Source: Thermofilum sp.
Lineage (GTDB): Archaea > Thermoproteota > Thermoprotei > Thermofilales > Thermofilaceae
Direction: 5' to 3'
Assembly (NCBI GenBank): GCA_023269735.1
Contig: JAGDWA010000043.1
Span: forward strand, 1,587-45,604
Length of the DNA stretch: 44,018 nucleotides
In this document: positions 28,075 to 36,589 of the stretch, one piece after another
Layout: each line of letters begins with the position of its first letter
Numbering within the stretch: the first letter of the stretch is position 1
The notes under the pieces: generated by a model
The model's database searches: none
Told to the model about the DNA's origin: nothing
What the model saw: only the letters and a program-made list of their open reading frames with translations
Translations under genes and position numbers: made by a program

Positions 28075-29364
28075 ATGAAGCTCGTCTACCTCGTCATCGA
28101 CGGTGCGGCCGACTCCCCCTCGGACCCCCGGACGAGCCTCGAGGCCGCCAGGACCCCGGGGCTCGACAGGCTCGCGGCGATGTCGGTCTGCGGCCTCATG
28201 TACCCGATATCGAGGGGCGTGGCCCCGGAGAGCGACGCCGCGGTCCTGGCGCTGCTCGGCTACGACCCCCACGCCCACTACACCGGGAGGGGTCCCCTGG
28301 AGGCGCTGGGCGCCGACATCGAGATCAGGGAGGGCTACGAGGTCGCGTTCAGAGCCAACTTCGCGACCATCGACGAGGGGACGCTCGAGATCCTCGACAG
28401 GAGGGTGGGGCGCAGCCTAGGGAGCGAGGAGGCCCGGGAGCTGGCCAAGGCCCTCGACGGGATGGAGCTGGGGGTCTACGACGGCTACGCCCGCGTGAAG
28501 GCGACCGTGGGCCACCGGGCCGTCGTCGTCGTGGGCAGCGCGAGCCACAGGCTCTCCGACGAGGTGGACAACACCGACCCGGCCTACGCCAGAGTGGGCA
28601 AGATCTCAGTCGCCAGACCCACCTTCGATAAGCGCGTCGCCGAGTGCAAGCCGCTCTCCAACACCCCGGAGGCTAGGGCGACGGCCGAGCTGGTTAACGC
28701 CTTCACCAGGAGGGCGATCGAGGTGCTGAGCCGCCACCCCGTGAACGAGAGGAGGGCCCGCAGGGGCCTGCCCAAGGCCAACGCGATCCTCCTCAGGGAC
28801 GCCGGCGGATCCCTACCGAGGGTCGAGCCCATTGCGAAGAGGTTCGGCCTGAGGTTCGGAGCCGTCGTGGAGATGCCGGTGGAGAGGGGGATCGCCAAGC
28901 TGCTGGGCATGAGGGTGGCTGAGGTGGGCGAGCCCACCGGCGACAGGGCCCGCGACTACGGGGTCAGGCTGGAGGCCACCCTCAGCCTGCTGCGCGAGGT
29001 GGACGCCGTGTACGTCCACCTCAAGGGCCCCGACGAGCCCGGGCACGACGGCCTTGCGGACGCCAAGGCCGGGGCGATAGAGGCCATCGACGCCTTCTAC
29101 GTCTCGCCGCTCCTCGAGCGCGTCGACCTCGACGAGACGGCCTTCATAGTGACCGCGGACCACGCGACACCGCCCAGCGCCAAGGCCCACACGGGCGACC
29201 CGGTTCCCGTCATGATTCGCCTGCCGGGCGTCAAGCCAGACGGCGTCCGCCGCTTCACAGAGAGGGAGTGCGCGAGGGGCAGCCTGGGCGTGATCGAGCA
29301 CGGCTGGGAGCTCCTGCCGACCTTCGTCAAGCTGGCGCGCGGGCAGCCGGTGCCCCCGGCGTGA
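28075..29364 (+). CDS. apgM: 2,3-BPG-independent phosphoglycerate mutase
   Basis: DGAAD, T.LE.A.TP.LD, PESD, YTGRGPLEA, FRANFAT, HLKGPDEPGHDG, TADHATP, HTGDPVP. Confidence 0.93.
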   Translation: MKLVYLVIDGAADSPSDPRTSLEAARTPGLDRLAAMSVCGLMYPISRGVAPESDAAVLALLGYDPHAHYTGRGPLEALGADIEIREGYEVAFRANFATIDEGTLEILDRRVGRSLGSEEARELAKALDGMELGVYDGYARVKATVGHRAVVVVGSASHRLSDEVDNTDPAYARVGKISVARPTFDKRVAECKPLSNTPEARATAELVNAFTRRAIEVLSRHPVNERRARRGLPKANAILLRDAGGSLPRVEPIAKRFGLRFGAVVEMPVERGIAKLLGMRVAEVGEPTGDRARDYGVRLEATLSLLREVDAVYVHLKGPDEPGHDGLADAKAGAIEAIDAFYVSPLLERVDLDETAFIVTADHATPPSAKAHTGDPVPVMIRLPGVKPDGVRRFTERECARGSLGVIEHGWELLPTFVKLARGQPVPPA

Positions 29365-29696
29365 GGGACCGCAGGTTCGCCGCGCTCTACTGGCTCTCGA
29401 AGCTGAGCGACGGCGTCAGCGTCACGGCGATCAACACAAACTCGCGGCGGGCCAGGAGGGTCGTCAAGCTGCTGGAGGAGCTCGGCCTCGCCAGGGTCGA
29501 GAGCTTCGGCCGGGTCAAGGTCGTCCGCCTGACGGAGAAGGGCGAGCGGGTCAAGCTCAGGCTGGCGGACCTCCTGAGGGAGCTCGAGGCCGCGGCGCCG
29601 CCGACGCAGCCGCTCCGCGCGGTGGGCGAGGGGGTCCCCGACTGGCTCCGCGGAAACCCCTGGCTCCGCGTGATCGGCGAGAGGGGGAGGGCGTGA
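29361..29696 (+). CDS. Small winged-helix protein
   Basis: GTGA overlap with apgM; RVVKLLEELGL......GRVKVVRLTEKG; C-terminal PDWL..NPW. Confidence 0.7.
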   Translation: MRDRRFAALYWLSKLSDGVSVTAINTNSRRARRVVKLLEELGLARVESFGRVKVVRLTEKGERVKLRLADLLRELEAAAPPTQPLRAVGEGVPDWLRGNPWLRVIGERGRA

Positions 29697-30256
29697 GGCA
29701 GGGGTACGTCACGGTGGGCAGGCTGCGGCTGTCGCTGGCCCACCTGAGGTGCCTGCGGCGCGAGGAGCTGGAGCTCTGGGTCGGCCGCGAGGAGGCCGAG
29801 AGGCTGGTCAGCCTCGCGTCGCGCCACAGGGTCCTGCTCAAGCCCCTAACGGTAGAGCTGAGGCACCCTGGGGGCAGCCTGGTGCTGTCGCCGGGACTCA
29901 CCCTCGTGGCGGGCGTCGAGTTTGAGCTGAGCGAGGAGCCCCTCCCCCTCGAGGGGCGCAACGACGACTTCCTCTGGGGCCTCTTGGTCGAGGTCCCCCG
30001 AGCCCTGGAGGCCGAGCGCAAGCCGGTGCTCGTGGAGGAGCTCGACGCCCGCTTCTCCCGGCACGTGGAGGACGGGGTGCTCTACGCGCTGGACATAATG
30101 GAGAGGGTCTGCAGAGTGTACAGGGTGCCCTTCGTCGTGACGGGCCCAGCGAAGCTTGCGGGCGCGTGGCGGTGGCTCCACACGATCGTCGGCGCGAAAG
30201 GGGTTAAAGGGGAGCGGCTGGTCGTCGTGGATGGCGAGGTGGCGGTAGTTGGCTGA
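29693..30256 (+). CDS. Hypothetical protein, possibly a degenerate RadA/RecA-fold paralog
   Basis: GTGA-coupled. Weak by-eye colinearity with the downstream RadA-like protein. No Walker A lysine. Confidence 0.55.
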   Translation: MRQGYVTVGRLRLSLAHLRCLRREELELWVGREEAERLVSLASRHRVLLKPLTVELRHPGGSLVLSPGLTLVAGVEFELSEEPLPLEGRNDDFLWGLLVEVPRALEAERKPVLVEELDARFSRHVEDGVLYALDIMERVCRVYRVPFVVTGPAKLAGAWRWLHTIVGAKGVKGERLVVVDGEVAVVG

Positions 30257-31205
30257 CTGCACCCCTGTGAGGGAGCTGAAGGCCCCCGGGGTCGGGAAGC
30301 TGACGCTCGACAGGGTCGCCGAGGTGGTCGAGTGCGTGGAGGACCTGGCCCTCTTCAACCCGGAGGAGCTCTCCGAGAGGGCCGGGATAGAGCCGGAGAA
30401 GGCGGCGGCGATCGTGAGGGCCGCCAGGAGGCTCGCCCGCGAGAAGCTGGGGCTGAAGCGCGTCTACAGCGGCGCGGAGTACGCGCGGGTGCTGGAGGGG
30501 AGGGACGTGCTCACCACCGGCGTGGGGGCGCTGGACGAGCTGCTGGGCGGGGGGCTGAGGACCTGGGACGTCTACGAGTTCGCGGGCGAGTTCGGCACGG
30601 GCAAGACGCAGCTGTGCCACCAGCTCGCCGTCACCGTCCAGCTGCCGCCCAGCAGGGGGGGCCTGTCGGGCAAGGCGGTCTACATCGACACGGAGGGCAC
30701 CTTCAGCCCGCAGAGGGTCGAGGCGATGGCGGAGCGCTTCGGCGTGGAGAGGCCGCTGGACGGCGTCTACGTGATCAGGCCCCTCAACGTCGACGAGCTG
30801 GAGGAGGCGGTGATCGAGGACCTGCCGGCCCTGATGCGTGACAACGTGAGGCTGATCGTCGTGGACAGCATCATCGCGCTGTACAGGGCCGAGTTCAAGG
30901 GCCGCGAGATGCTGGCGGCGCGCCAGCAGCGGATCAACTACCTGCTGGACTGGCTCAAGCGGTACGCGCGCAGGTACGGCAGCGTGGTGGCGATGACGAA
31001 CCAGGTCCTCTCGCAGCCTGTGCCCTGGGGGGTTTCGATCAAGGTCCCCGCCGGCGGCAACATCATCGCCCACGCCTCGACGCACAGGCTCATCATTAGG
31101 AGGGCCGGCGACGCCTGGGTGATGGAGGTCCTGGACTCGCCGATCCTGGCGAGGGGGTCCTCGGCCAAGTTCGCCGTGACGGGGCGCGGCCTCGAGGACG
31201 CTTAG
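30249..31205 (+). CDS. radA: RadA/Rad51-family recombinase (possibly a paralog)
   Basis: HhH N-domain (PGVG), TTG...LDELLGGG, GEFGTGKTQLCHQL, YIDTEGTF, VVDS, R.EF.GR..LA.RQQ, TNQV, GGNIIAHASTHR. Confidence 0.85.
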   Translation: MADCTPVRELKAPGVGKLTLDRVAEVVECVEDLALFNPEELSERAGIEPEKAAAIVRAARRLAREKLGLKRVYSGAEYARVLEGRDVLTTGVGALDELLGGGLRTWDVYEFAGEFGTGKTQLCHQLAVTVQLPPSRGGLSGKAVYIDTEGTFSPQRVEAMAERFGVERPLDGVYVIRPLNVDELEEAVIEDLPALMRDNVRLIVVDSIIALYRAEFKGREMLAARQQRINYLLDWLKRYARRYGSVVAMTNQVLSQPVPWGVSIKVPAGGNIIAHASTHRLIIRRAGDAWVMEVLDSPILARGSSAKFAVTGRGLEDA

Positions 31206-31261
31206 CCTCGGTCCGGAAACCTTCTCTTCACGCTTCCGCGCTGCAATGGGTCTTCATCGGC
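31205..31261 (-). ncRNA. Box C/D sRNA C, predicted double guide for the 16S rRNA head domain
   Basis: Minus strand: GCC stem; C=ATGAAGA; guide CCCATTGCAGCG; D'=CGGA; C'=GTGAAGA; guide GAAGGTTTCCGGA; D=CCGA; GGC. TTTAAT lies about 25 nt upstream. Confidence 0.82.
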
Positions 31262-31452
31262 GTGCGCAATAGCCGCGGCGGCAATTAAAGCTTTGGCTCG
31301 AGGCCCCGCCGCCCGGGGAGAGTTAGCACGCTTAGGCGCCGCCAGACGGGTGCGCCCCCGAAAGGCCCCCTCGAAGGGTTGAGCCCTCAAGTCGCCAAAA
31401 CGGGCCTTCGTACGAAAGCTTAAAAGGGCTCGTGGAGCGAGCCCCGGTTGGC

Positions 31453-33693
31453 ATGTCAGACCGCCGCGAGGACGATGCGCTACTGATATACCCCGAGCCC
31501 CAGAGGCTCCCCGAGAGCGTCAGGAGCGCCCTGGAGGGGGGCGAGGAGGTCGTCGCGCTGGCCAAGACCGACATGAGGGGCGGGGACTACGGCGAGGACT
31601 ACGTCGTCCTGACGAACGCCCGCCTCCTCGTCGTCAACGAGAGGCTCGTGGAAGCGCTGCCCCTGGACAAGGTGAAGTCCGTATCGATACGGGGCTACAT
31701 AAACACGTGCGTGCTCGTGGCGGAGGTGGACGGAGGGCAGCGCAGCCTGGCCGTCTTCACGAGGGGGAGGCTGGAGGTCTTCGACCGCCTCGTGGCCATA
31801 GCGAACAACATCGTGATCGGGAAGGTTCCGTACCAGCTGCTGAAGGAGCAGCTGCTGAACAGGGTGAGGGAGGAGGAGGAGAGGAGGCGCCTGAGCAGCA
31901 CGAGGGCCGCGATACTGCGCCTGCTCGGCCTGCTCAGGCCCATCGCGCCGGTGCTCGTGGCCACGGTGGTGGTCGCGGTGGCGATAAGGGTCGTCGGGCT
32001 CATCCCGCCCTACCTCATGAAGATCCTGGTAGACGAGGTTCTGACCAAGGGTAGGGCCGATCTCCTCCTCCACGTCATTCTGGGCCTGCTGGCCGTCAAC
32101 TTGGTCAACACCGTGCTCAACTCTCTCAACGCCTACATCAACACGAGGTTCAACGTCGGGGTCACGAACACCCTCAGAGCGCGCGTCTACAGGAAGCTCC
32201 ACGAGCTGTCGCTGACCCACTACGACAGGTTCGGCAGCGGAGGCCTGTGGTCGAGGATCGTGGACGACGTGAACAGGGTCCAGTGGTTCCTCTCTGTTGC
32301 CTTCGTCCCCCTCTTCATCAACGCCGCGATGGTCGCCTTCGTCGGCGTCACGCTGGCGACGCTGAACCCGTGGCTGACGCTGGTGGCCCTCACGCCGATA
32401 CCCGTGAGCGTGACCGCGAACATCATCTACAGGAAGACCGCCAGCCGCTACTACCACAGGCTGTGGCGCAAGTGGTCGAGGATCGTCTCGGTGATCTCGG
32501 ACACGATCAACGCTGCGATCCTCGTGAAGAGCTTCGGGAAGGAGGAGGAGTTCACGAGGAAGTTCGAGGGCTACCAGACGGAGTTCGAGAGGGCCCAGAT
32601 GGACGTGTTCAAGTTCGAGCAGCAGATCTGGCCGGCGGTGGGCCTCGCCTTCACGGTCAGCAGCCTGCTCGTGTGGTGGTTCGGGAGCAAGGACGTGTTG
32701 CAGGGCGCGATGACGCTGGGCTCGCTGATGGCCTTCACGAGCTACATGTGGCAGTTCTACTCGCCGGTCTTCGGCCTCATCGAGAACGTCAGGAACCTGC
32801 AGCTGCTGGGGGTCGCGGCCGGCAGGATCTTCGAGATACTGGACATCGAGCCCGACGTGAGGGAGCCGCCGGACGCGGTCCACGTCGAGCTCACGGGTAA
32901 CGTCGAGTGCGACAACGTCTGGTTCACCTACGACGGCATACACTACGCGCTGAAGGGCGTGACGACGAGGATCAGGAGCGGCGAGAGGGTGGGCCTCGTG
33001 GGCCCCAGCGGGTCCGGCAAGACCACGCTCGCGAAGCTCCTGCTCCACCTCTACGACCCCCAGGTCGGGAGCGTCAGGTTCGACGGGGTGGACGCGAGGA
33101 GGATCAAGCTCTCATCCCTGAAGGAGCAGGTCGCGATCGTGCTCCAGAACCCGGTGCTGCTCGACACGACCATAGCCGAGAACATAGCCGTCGGCAAGCC
33201 GGGGGCCACGCCCGAGGAGATCATAGCGGCGGCGAAGGCGGCGAAGGCCCACGACTTCATCATGCGCCTGCCCGAGGCCTACGACACCGAGGTCGGGATG
33301 CAGGGCTCCAGGCTCTCCGGCGGGGAGAGGGCCAGGGTGGCGCTCGCGGCGGCCCTGCTGAAGGACCCGAAGATCCTGATACTCGACGAGCCCACGGCGG
33401 CCCTCGACGCGCTGACGGAGGACGAGGTGACGGAGGAGCTGGAGCGCCTCACGCGCGGGAGGACCACCATCATCATAGCCCACAGGCTCTCGACGCTCCG
33501 CTTCACCGACCGGATAATCGTGATGGAGAACGGCAGGATCGTGGAGGAGGGGACGCACGAGGAGCTCCTGAAGAGGGACGGCCTCTACAAGCGCCTCTGG
33601 GAGGCCCAGCTGAAGGGCCTGATGCGCATGGGCGCGGCGGAGGTGGGTGGGGAGGCGAGGGGTGAGCTCGTTGCCGTCGCTCGGGCAGCTTAA
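31453..33693 (+). CDS. ABC exporter (TMD+NBD) with N-terminal soluble PH-like extension, DUF1854-associated family
   Basis: N-domain DYVVLTNARLLVV, TMD, GPSGSGKT, LSGGE, ILDEPT, AHR. Alternative GTG at 31432. Confidence 0.9.
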   Translation: MSDRREDDALLIYPEPQRLPESVRSALEGGEEVVALAKTDMRGGDYGEDYVVLTNARLLVVNERLVEALPLDKVKSVSIRGYINTCVLVAEVDGGQRSLAVFTRGRLEVFDRLVAIANNIVIGKVPYQLLKEQLLNRVREEEERRRLSSTRAAILRLLGLLRPIAPVLVATVVVAVAIRVVGLIPPYLMKILVDEVLTKGRADLLLHVILGLLAVNLVNTVLNSLNAYINTRFNVGVTNTLRARVYRKLHELSLTHYDRFGSGGLWSRIVDDVNRVQWFLSVAFVPLFINAAMVAFVGVTLATLNPWLTLVALTPIPVSVTANIIYRKTASRYYHRLWRKWSRIVSVISDTINAAILVKSFGKEEEFTRKFEGYQTEFERAQMDVFKFEQQIWPAVGLAFTVSSLLVWWFGSKDVLQGAMTLGSLMAFTSYMWQFYSPVFGLIENVRNLQLLGVAAGRIFEILDIEPDVREPPDAVHVELTGNVECDNVWFTYDGIHYALKGVTTRIRSGERVGLVGPSGSGKTTLAKLLLHLYDPQVGSVRFDGVDARRIKLSSLKEQVAIVLQNPVLLDTTIAENIAVGKPGATPEEIIAAAKAAKAHDFIMRLPEAYDTEVGMQGSRLSGGERARVALAAALLKDPKILILDEPTAALDALTEDEVTEELERLTRGRTTIIIAHRLSTLRFTDRIIVMENGRIVEEGTHEELLKRDGLYKRLWEAQLKGLMRMGAAEVGGEARGELVAVARAA

Positions 33694-34156
33694 GCTGCTC
33701 GACCCATCGAGGGTCAGGGTGGTCGACGCCAGGCTCGACGAGCTGGACGTGGAGATCGACGGGCGCCTCTACAGGGGGGTCAGGCCCAAGCGCCCCTTCC
33801 CCTTCTCCCACCCCCAGATCGTGATCCTCTACAGCGGTGACGAGGAGCTCGGCATCCTCAGGGACTACAGGCGGCTGGATCCCAAGTCGAGGGAGCTCCT
33901 CGAGCAGGTCCTGAGGGTGATCTACTTCATGCCCCGCATCCGAAAGGTGCTGAGCATCCGGAGCGTCGAGGGCAAGTACGAGTGGAGGGTGCTGACGGAC
34001 AAGGGGGAGCTGACCTTCCAGACCTGGGGGCGCTGCGTGAGGGTCCTTCACGACGGGAGGCTGGTCGTGCGCGACATCTACAGCAGGGCCTACCTTGTCG
34101 AGGAGCCTGAGAAGCTCGACAGCAGGAGCAGGCTCTACCTGAGCATGATGATTTGA
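33662..34156 (+). CDS. DUF1854-family protein
   Basis: V.P.R.FPFS.P......D.ELG.L.D...LD..SR.LLE..L...YF.PRI..V.SI......W.V.TD.G...F pattern. Confidence 0.82.
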   Translation: MSSLPSLGQLKLLDPSRVRVVDARLDELDVEIDGRLYRGVRPKRPFPFSHPQIVILYSGDEELGILRDYRRLDPKSRELLEQVLRVIYFMPRIRKVLSIRSVEGKYEWRVLTDKGELTFQTWGRCVRVLHDGRLVVRDIYSRAYLVEEPEKLDSRSRLYLSMMI

Positions 34157-34201
34157 GGGATTGCTTTATGCCTCCACCCGCCACGCTGCGGCGGGCTTGG
34201 C

Positions 34202-35782
34202 GTGCTGTTCGAGGAGCTGGTTAGGCTGGCGAAGCTGCTCGAGTCCACCCCCTCGAGGAACGAGAAGGTGGCGCAGCTGGCGGCAGCGCTGAGGGGGCTG
34301 GACCCCGGGGAGGCGGCCATCGCCGTGCGCCTCCTCACCGGCGAGATCTTCCCGGCGTACTCGGGGCTCGAGCTCGGCGTCGGCTACAGCACGCTGCTCG
34401 AGGCGGTGCGCAGCACGGCCGGCGTGGTCCCGCTGGATCGGCGCAAGCTGAGCGTCAGGGAGGTCTACGAGGCCCTCCTGAAGATCGCCAGCTTCACGGG
34501 GGAGGACTCGAGGGCCAGGAAGCTGAGGGCCCTCCGCTCCCTCGTCGCGGGGATGGGCAGGGACGAGGTCGAGTTCCTCGCCCGCTTCCTCCTCGGCGAG
34601 CCGCGTATCGGCGCGAACGAAGGGTTGGTGCTCGAGGCCCTCGCCAGGGCCGTGGGCGCCGACGCCGGGGAGGTGAGGAGGGCCTACATGTTCGCTGGCG
34701 ACCTCGGCGACCTCGCCCAGATGCTGCTCAGCGGGGTCAAGCCCTCCGAGGTGACGCTCAGGCTCTTCCACCCGGTGAGGCCCATGCTCGCCGAGATGGC
34801 GGCGAGCATGAGGGAGGCGCTGAGGGAGTGCGGGGGGAGGGCGGCGCTCGAGTTCAAGTACGACGGCATCAGGCTGCAGATCCACAAGAGGGGCAGGGAG
34901 GTCAGGCTCTTCACGAGGAGGCTCACCGACGTGACCCCCAGCCTGCCCGACGTGGTGGAGCTCGCGCTGGAGCACGTCAGGGCGGAGGAGGCGGTGATCG
35001 ACTGCGAGGCGGTGAGCTTCAGAGGCGGGAAGCCGCTCCGCTTCCAGGACCTCGTCCGGAGGATCAGGAGGAAGGAGGACGTCCGCCGGATGGCCGAGGA
35101 GATGCCCTTCGAGATCAGGGCCTTCGACATCCTGTACCTCAACGGTCGGGTGCTCGTCGACGCGCCCTACGCGGAGAGGTGGGCCCTCCTCGAGAGCACG
35201 GCGGACCCCGAGATCCTGATCGAGAGGGTCGTCACCTCGGACCTCGGAGAGGCTGAGGCGTTCTACGCGAGGAGCCTCGAGAGGGGGAACGAGGGCGTGA
35301 TGGTGAAGAGGCTCGACTCCCCCTACGTCCCCGGCTCGAGGGGCAAGTACTGGTTCAAGGTGAAGCCGGCCGAGACCCTGGACCTGGTCATCGTGGGCGC
35401 TGAGTGGGGGCACGGCCGCAGGAGCGGCTGGCTCAGCGACTACTACCTGGCCGCCCTCGACCCCTCGACCGGCGAGTTCCTCGTCGTCGGGAAGACCTTC
35501 AAGGGGCTAACTGACGCCGAGTTCGAGGAGATGACCAGGAAGCTCCTCGAGCTCAAGGTGAGGGAGGAGCCTTGGCGCGTCTGGGTGAAGCCAGCGATCG
35601 TCGCTGAGGTCGCCTTCAGCGAGGTGCAGCGGAGCCCCAAGTACCGCTCGGGCTTCGCGCTCCGCTTCGCGAGGATCGTCAGGCTGAGGCCCGACAAGAG
35701 CCCCTACGAAGCCTCGACCATTGAGGACGTGAGAAAGGTCTACGAGATGCAGTTCCGGACGAAGGCCAAGGCCGGGGCTTAA
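34202..35782 (+). CDS. lig: ATP-dependent DNA ligase
   Basis: PMLA, EFKYDGIRLQIH, D.E, FDILY, EGVMVK, Y.PG.RG..W.KVK, G.G.RSG, LRF.R...R.DK. Confidence 0.93.
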   Translation: MLFEELVRLAKLLESTPSRNEKVAQLAAALRGLDPGEAAIAVRLLTGEIFPAYSGLELGVGYSTLLEAVRSTAGVVPLDRRKLSVREVYEALLKIASFTGEDSRARKLRALRSLVAGMGRDEVEFLARFLLGEPRIGANEGLVLEALARAVGADAGEVRRAYMFAGDLGDLAQMLLSGVKPSEVTLRLFHPVRPMLAEMAASMREALRECGGRAALEFKYDGIRLQIHKRGREVRLFTRRLTDVTPSLPDVVELALEHVRAEEAVIDCEAVSFRGGKPLRFQDLVRRIRRKEDVRRMAEEMPFEIRAFDILYLNGRVLVDAPYAERWALLESTADPEILIERVVTSDLGEAEAFYARSLERGNEGVMVKRLDSPYVPGSRGKYWFKVKPAETLDLVIVGAEWGHGRRSGWLSDYYLAALDPSTGEFLVVGKTFKGLTDAEFEEMTRKLLELKVREEPWRVWVKPAIVAEVAFSEVQRSPKYRSGFALRFARIVRLRPDKSPYEASTIEDVRKVYEMQFRTKAKAGA

Positions 35783-36495
35783 CTGCCCTGCTGCCCCTCG
35801 AAGGCCTTCTTCAGCTCCTCCCTGAGCTTCTCGCGGAGGGCCTTCAGCTCCTCTAGCTTCGCCAGCGCGTCCTTGAACAGCGGCTTGGAGTCCTCTATGC
35901 CCTTGTGGGCGAAGAAGGCCACCGCCTCGCTCCTGCTCCTGAAGACCCCCGCCTCCACCAGCGCGTCCACCACCTCGAGGTCCCGCTGGGGCAGCCTGAC
36001 CGAGATCGTGAAGGAGGGCCCCTCCGCCCCCCTCTCCAGCGCCTCCTTCAGCCTCGCCAGCGCCGCCTCGAGGCCCTTCGTCGCCTGCTCGAAGCTCTGC
36101 TCGATGATCCTGCCGACGTCGGTGAGCGGCGCGGCCCTCCTCCTCAGCCTCACCGCGCTCACCGTCAGCTCCCTCACTGCGTCCGCCAGGTCCTCGAGCG
36201 CGTCCTCCCACCGCTCGACGAACTCCCCCACCTCCTCCTTCAGCTCCTCCACTTCGTCGGGTGGGAGGCTCAGCCTGGCCTCCCTCAGCAGCCTCCTCAG
36301 CTCCAAGCGCGCGCTCAGCATCCGCGAGCGGAGCTCGTGCAGCCTCCCGCGTAGCGCCTTCAGCCCCTCGAGCGCAGCCTCCCCCCTCTCCTCGATCTCA
36401 CGCTCCAGCCTCTCCACCTCGTCGCTGACGCTCCTGTAGATCTGCCTGAGCTCCTCCTCCAGCTCCTTAATCCGGTTTCTGATCCTTTCGGCCAC
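35779..36495 (-). CDS. Coiled-coil protein with C-terminal ribbon-helix-helix domain
   Basis: Long heptad-rich region then TISVRLPQRDLEVVDALVEAGVFRSRSEAV (CopG/RHH-like). Start is uncertain (36495 GTG, 36519 or 36540 ATG). Confidence 0.75.
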   Translation of the reverse strand: MAERIRNRIKELEEELRQIYRSVSDEVERLEREIEERGEAALEGLKALRGRLHELRSRMLSARLELRRLLREARLSLPPDEVEELKEEVGEFVERWEDALEDLADAVRELTVSAVRLRRRAAPLTDVGRIIEQSFEQATKGLEAALARLKEALERGAEGPSFTISVRLPQRDLEVVDALVEAGVFRSRSEAVAFFAHKGIEDSKPLFKDALAKLEELKALREKLREELKKAFEGQQGS

Positions 36496-36559
36496 AAGTA
36501 TGTTGTAAGTTCCAGACATACTTATTCTTTTCTCAACCATATAGCTCTATCTTACAACA
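36496..36559. promoter_or_regulatory. AT-rich promoter region with two operator-like inverted repeats
   Basis: AAGTATGT (36496-503)/ACATACTT (36516-523) and TGTTGTAAG (36501-509)/CTTACAACA (36551-559). Confidence 0.55.
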
Positions 36560-36589
36560 GAAGGTGCCGCATCTCTGGGCGCCAGGCCG

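Noticed and set aside
34145..34175. Perfect C box ATGATGA
   Set aside because: It encodes Met-Met-Ile at the end of DUF1854, and there are no D'/D boxes at the right spacing.
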